IMG/VR virus record: IMGVR_UViG_3300045973_000169
Coordinates: 13,000-76,999 of that record
Direction: 5' to 3' (one strand)
DNA from: a virus
DNA: 64,000 bases
Part shown: positions 63,435 through 64,000 of the stretch, one piece after another
Layout of the letters: each line of letters begins with the position of its first letter
Numbering within the stretch: position 1 is the stretch's first letter
The notes under the pieces: model-generated
Told to the model about the DNA's origin: nothing
What the model saw: only the letters and a program-made list of their open reading frames with translations
The model's database searches: none
Position numbers and translations under genes: made by a program

Positions 63435-63989
63435 ATGATAAATAATGCTGGTAAAAATAATCCAAATTATAAACATGGATTACATTGTGAAATAAATTAT
63501 TGTGTTTGTGGTAAAGAGAAAGATTATAGATCTGAATTATGTAAATTCTGCTCTGGCAAAGAATTACAAATTACTAAAGAACAAATTTTGGAATATCTTA
63601 GTAAATCTAAATCATTGCTTGAGCTTTCTAAATATCTTAATATTTCTAGACAATCTGTAACTAGATATATCAAAAAATATGATCTTGATATTTCGCATTT
63701 TAGCCCTGGACGAAATAGACCATATAGACTTGATCAGATATTTTGTATATCAGATACAAGAATAAATGGAACTGTTAAAAAATTTCTTATTGAGAATAAA
63801 ATATTAGAATATATTTGCTCTGAATGTAAATGTAAACCAATATGGAATAATATACTATTAGTTCTTGAATTAGATCATATAAACGGAAATAGTTTAGACA
63901 ATAGAATTGAAAATTTAAGATTCTTATGTCCTAATTGTCATTCACAAACAGATACCAACAAAGGTAAAAATTCTAAAAAGAAAGAATAA
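63435..63989 (+). CDS. HNH homing endonuclease (184 aa)
   Basis: N-terminal CxxC pairs; C-terminal LELDHINGNSLDNRIENLRFLCPNCHSQTD. Confidence 0.8.
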   Translation: MINNAGKNNPNYKHGLHCEINYCVCGKEKDYRSELCKFCSGKELQITKEQILEYLSKSKSLLELSKYLNISRQSVTRYIKKYDLDISHFSPGRNRPYRLDQIFCISDTRINGTVKKFLIENKILEYICSECKCKPIWNNILLVLELDHINGNSLDNRIENLRFLCPNCHSQTDTNKGKNSKKKE

Positions 63990-64000
63990 TTATGAATAGT

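Overview
The window is 64 kb of a large, AT-rich tailed-phage genome of the kind seen in jumbo or T4-like accessory regions. Coding is almost strand-exclusive: about 130 ORFs on the + strand and a single minus-strand gene, an HNH endonuclease. Coordinates 1-11.45 kb are markedly more GC-rich and hold a 1030-aa protein with a multisubunit-RNAP beta-prime-like NGDFDGDMQ catalytic motif, several membrane or secreted proteins, a tRNA-Leu(TAA), and three genes with strong high-expression codon bias. After a 675-bp AT-rich intergenic region carrying AACTTATTCC iterons, GC drops to about 30% and the content becomes accessory. This part contains a tRNA cluster interleaved with HNH homing endonucleases, including an unusual 120-nt tRNA-like gene and a tRNA 3'-half-like element. 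It also contains a vWA/MIDAS protein with Ro60-like architecture, followed by a ~1-kb non-coding stretch with three orphan tRNA T-arm/acceptor-like elements, which are candidate Y-RNA-like ncRNAs. Further features are a bona fide bacterioferritin and an RlmN/Cfr-like radical SAM enzyme. There is an NAD+ metabolism island with a PRPP-synthetase-like gene, a nucleoside deoxyribosyltransferase-like gene, a NADAR domain gene and a NAMPT-like gene, which is a candidate NAD reconstitution pathway. A dense RNA-repair cluster spans 33.6-46 kb. It comprises a (p)ppGpp-hydrolase-type HD domain, a T4-Pnk-like kinase, HAD and PPP phosphatases, an Rnl2-type RNA ligase, a metallophosphoesterase, a class II CCA-adding enzyme with HD domain, a Pol-beta nucleotidyltransferase and a duplicated 134-aa gene. 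Other accessory genes are a GatB/YqeY domain, an SLT transglycosylase, a compact retron-like reverse transcriptase followed by a putative minimal nucleotidyltransferase, a ubiquitin-like conjugation module (E1-like, JAB/JAMM, candidate E2) split by a homing-endonuclease-like gene, a NYN nuclease, a second ligase-like enzyme and a four-member Cys-rich paralog family. All calls rest on motif recognition by eye. No searches were run.
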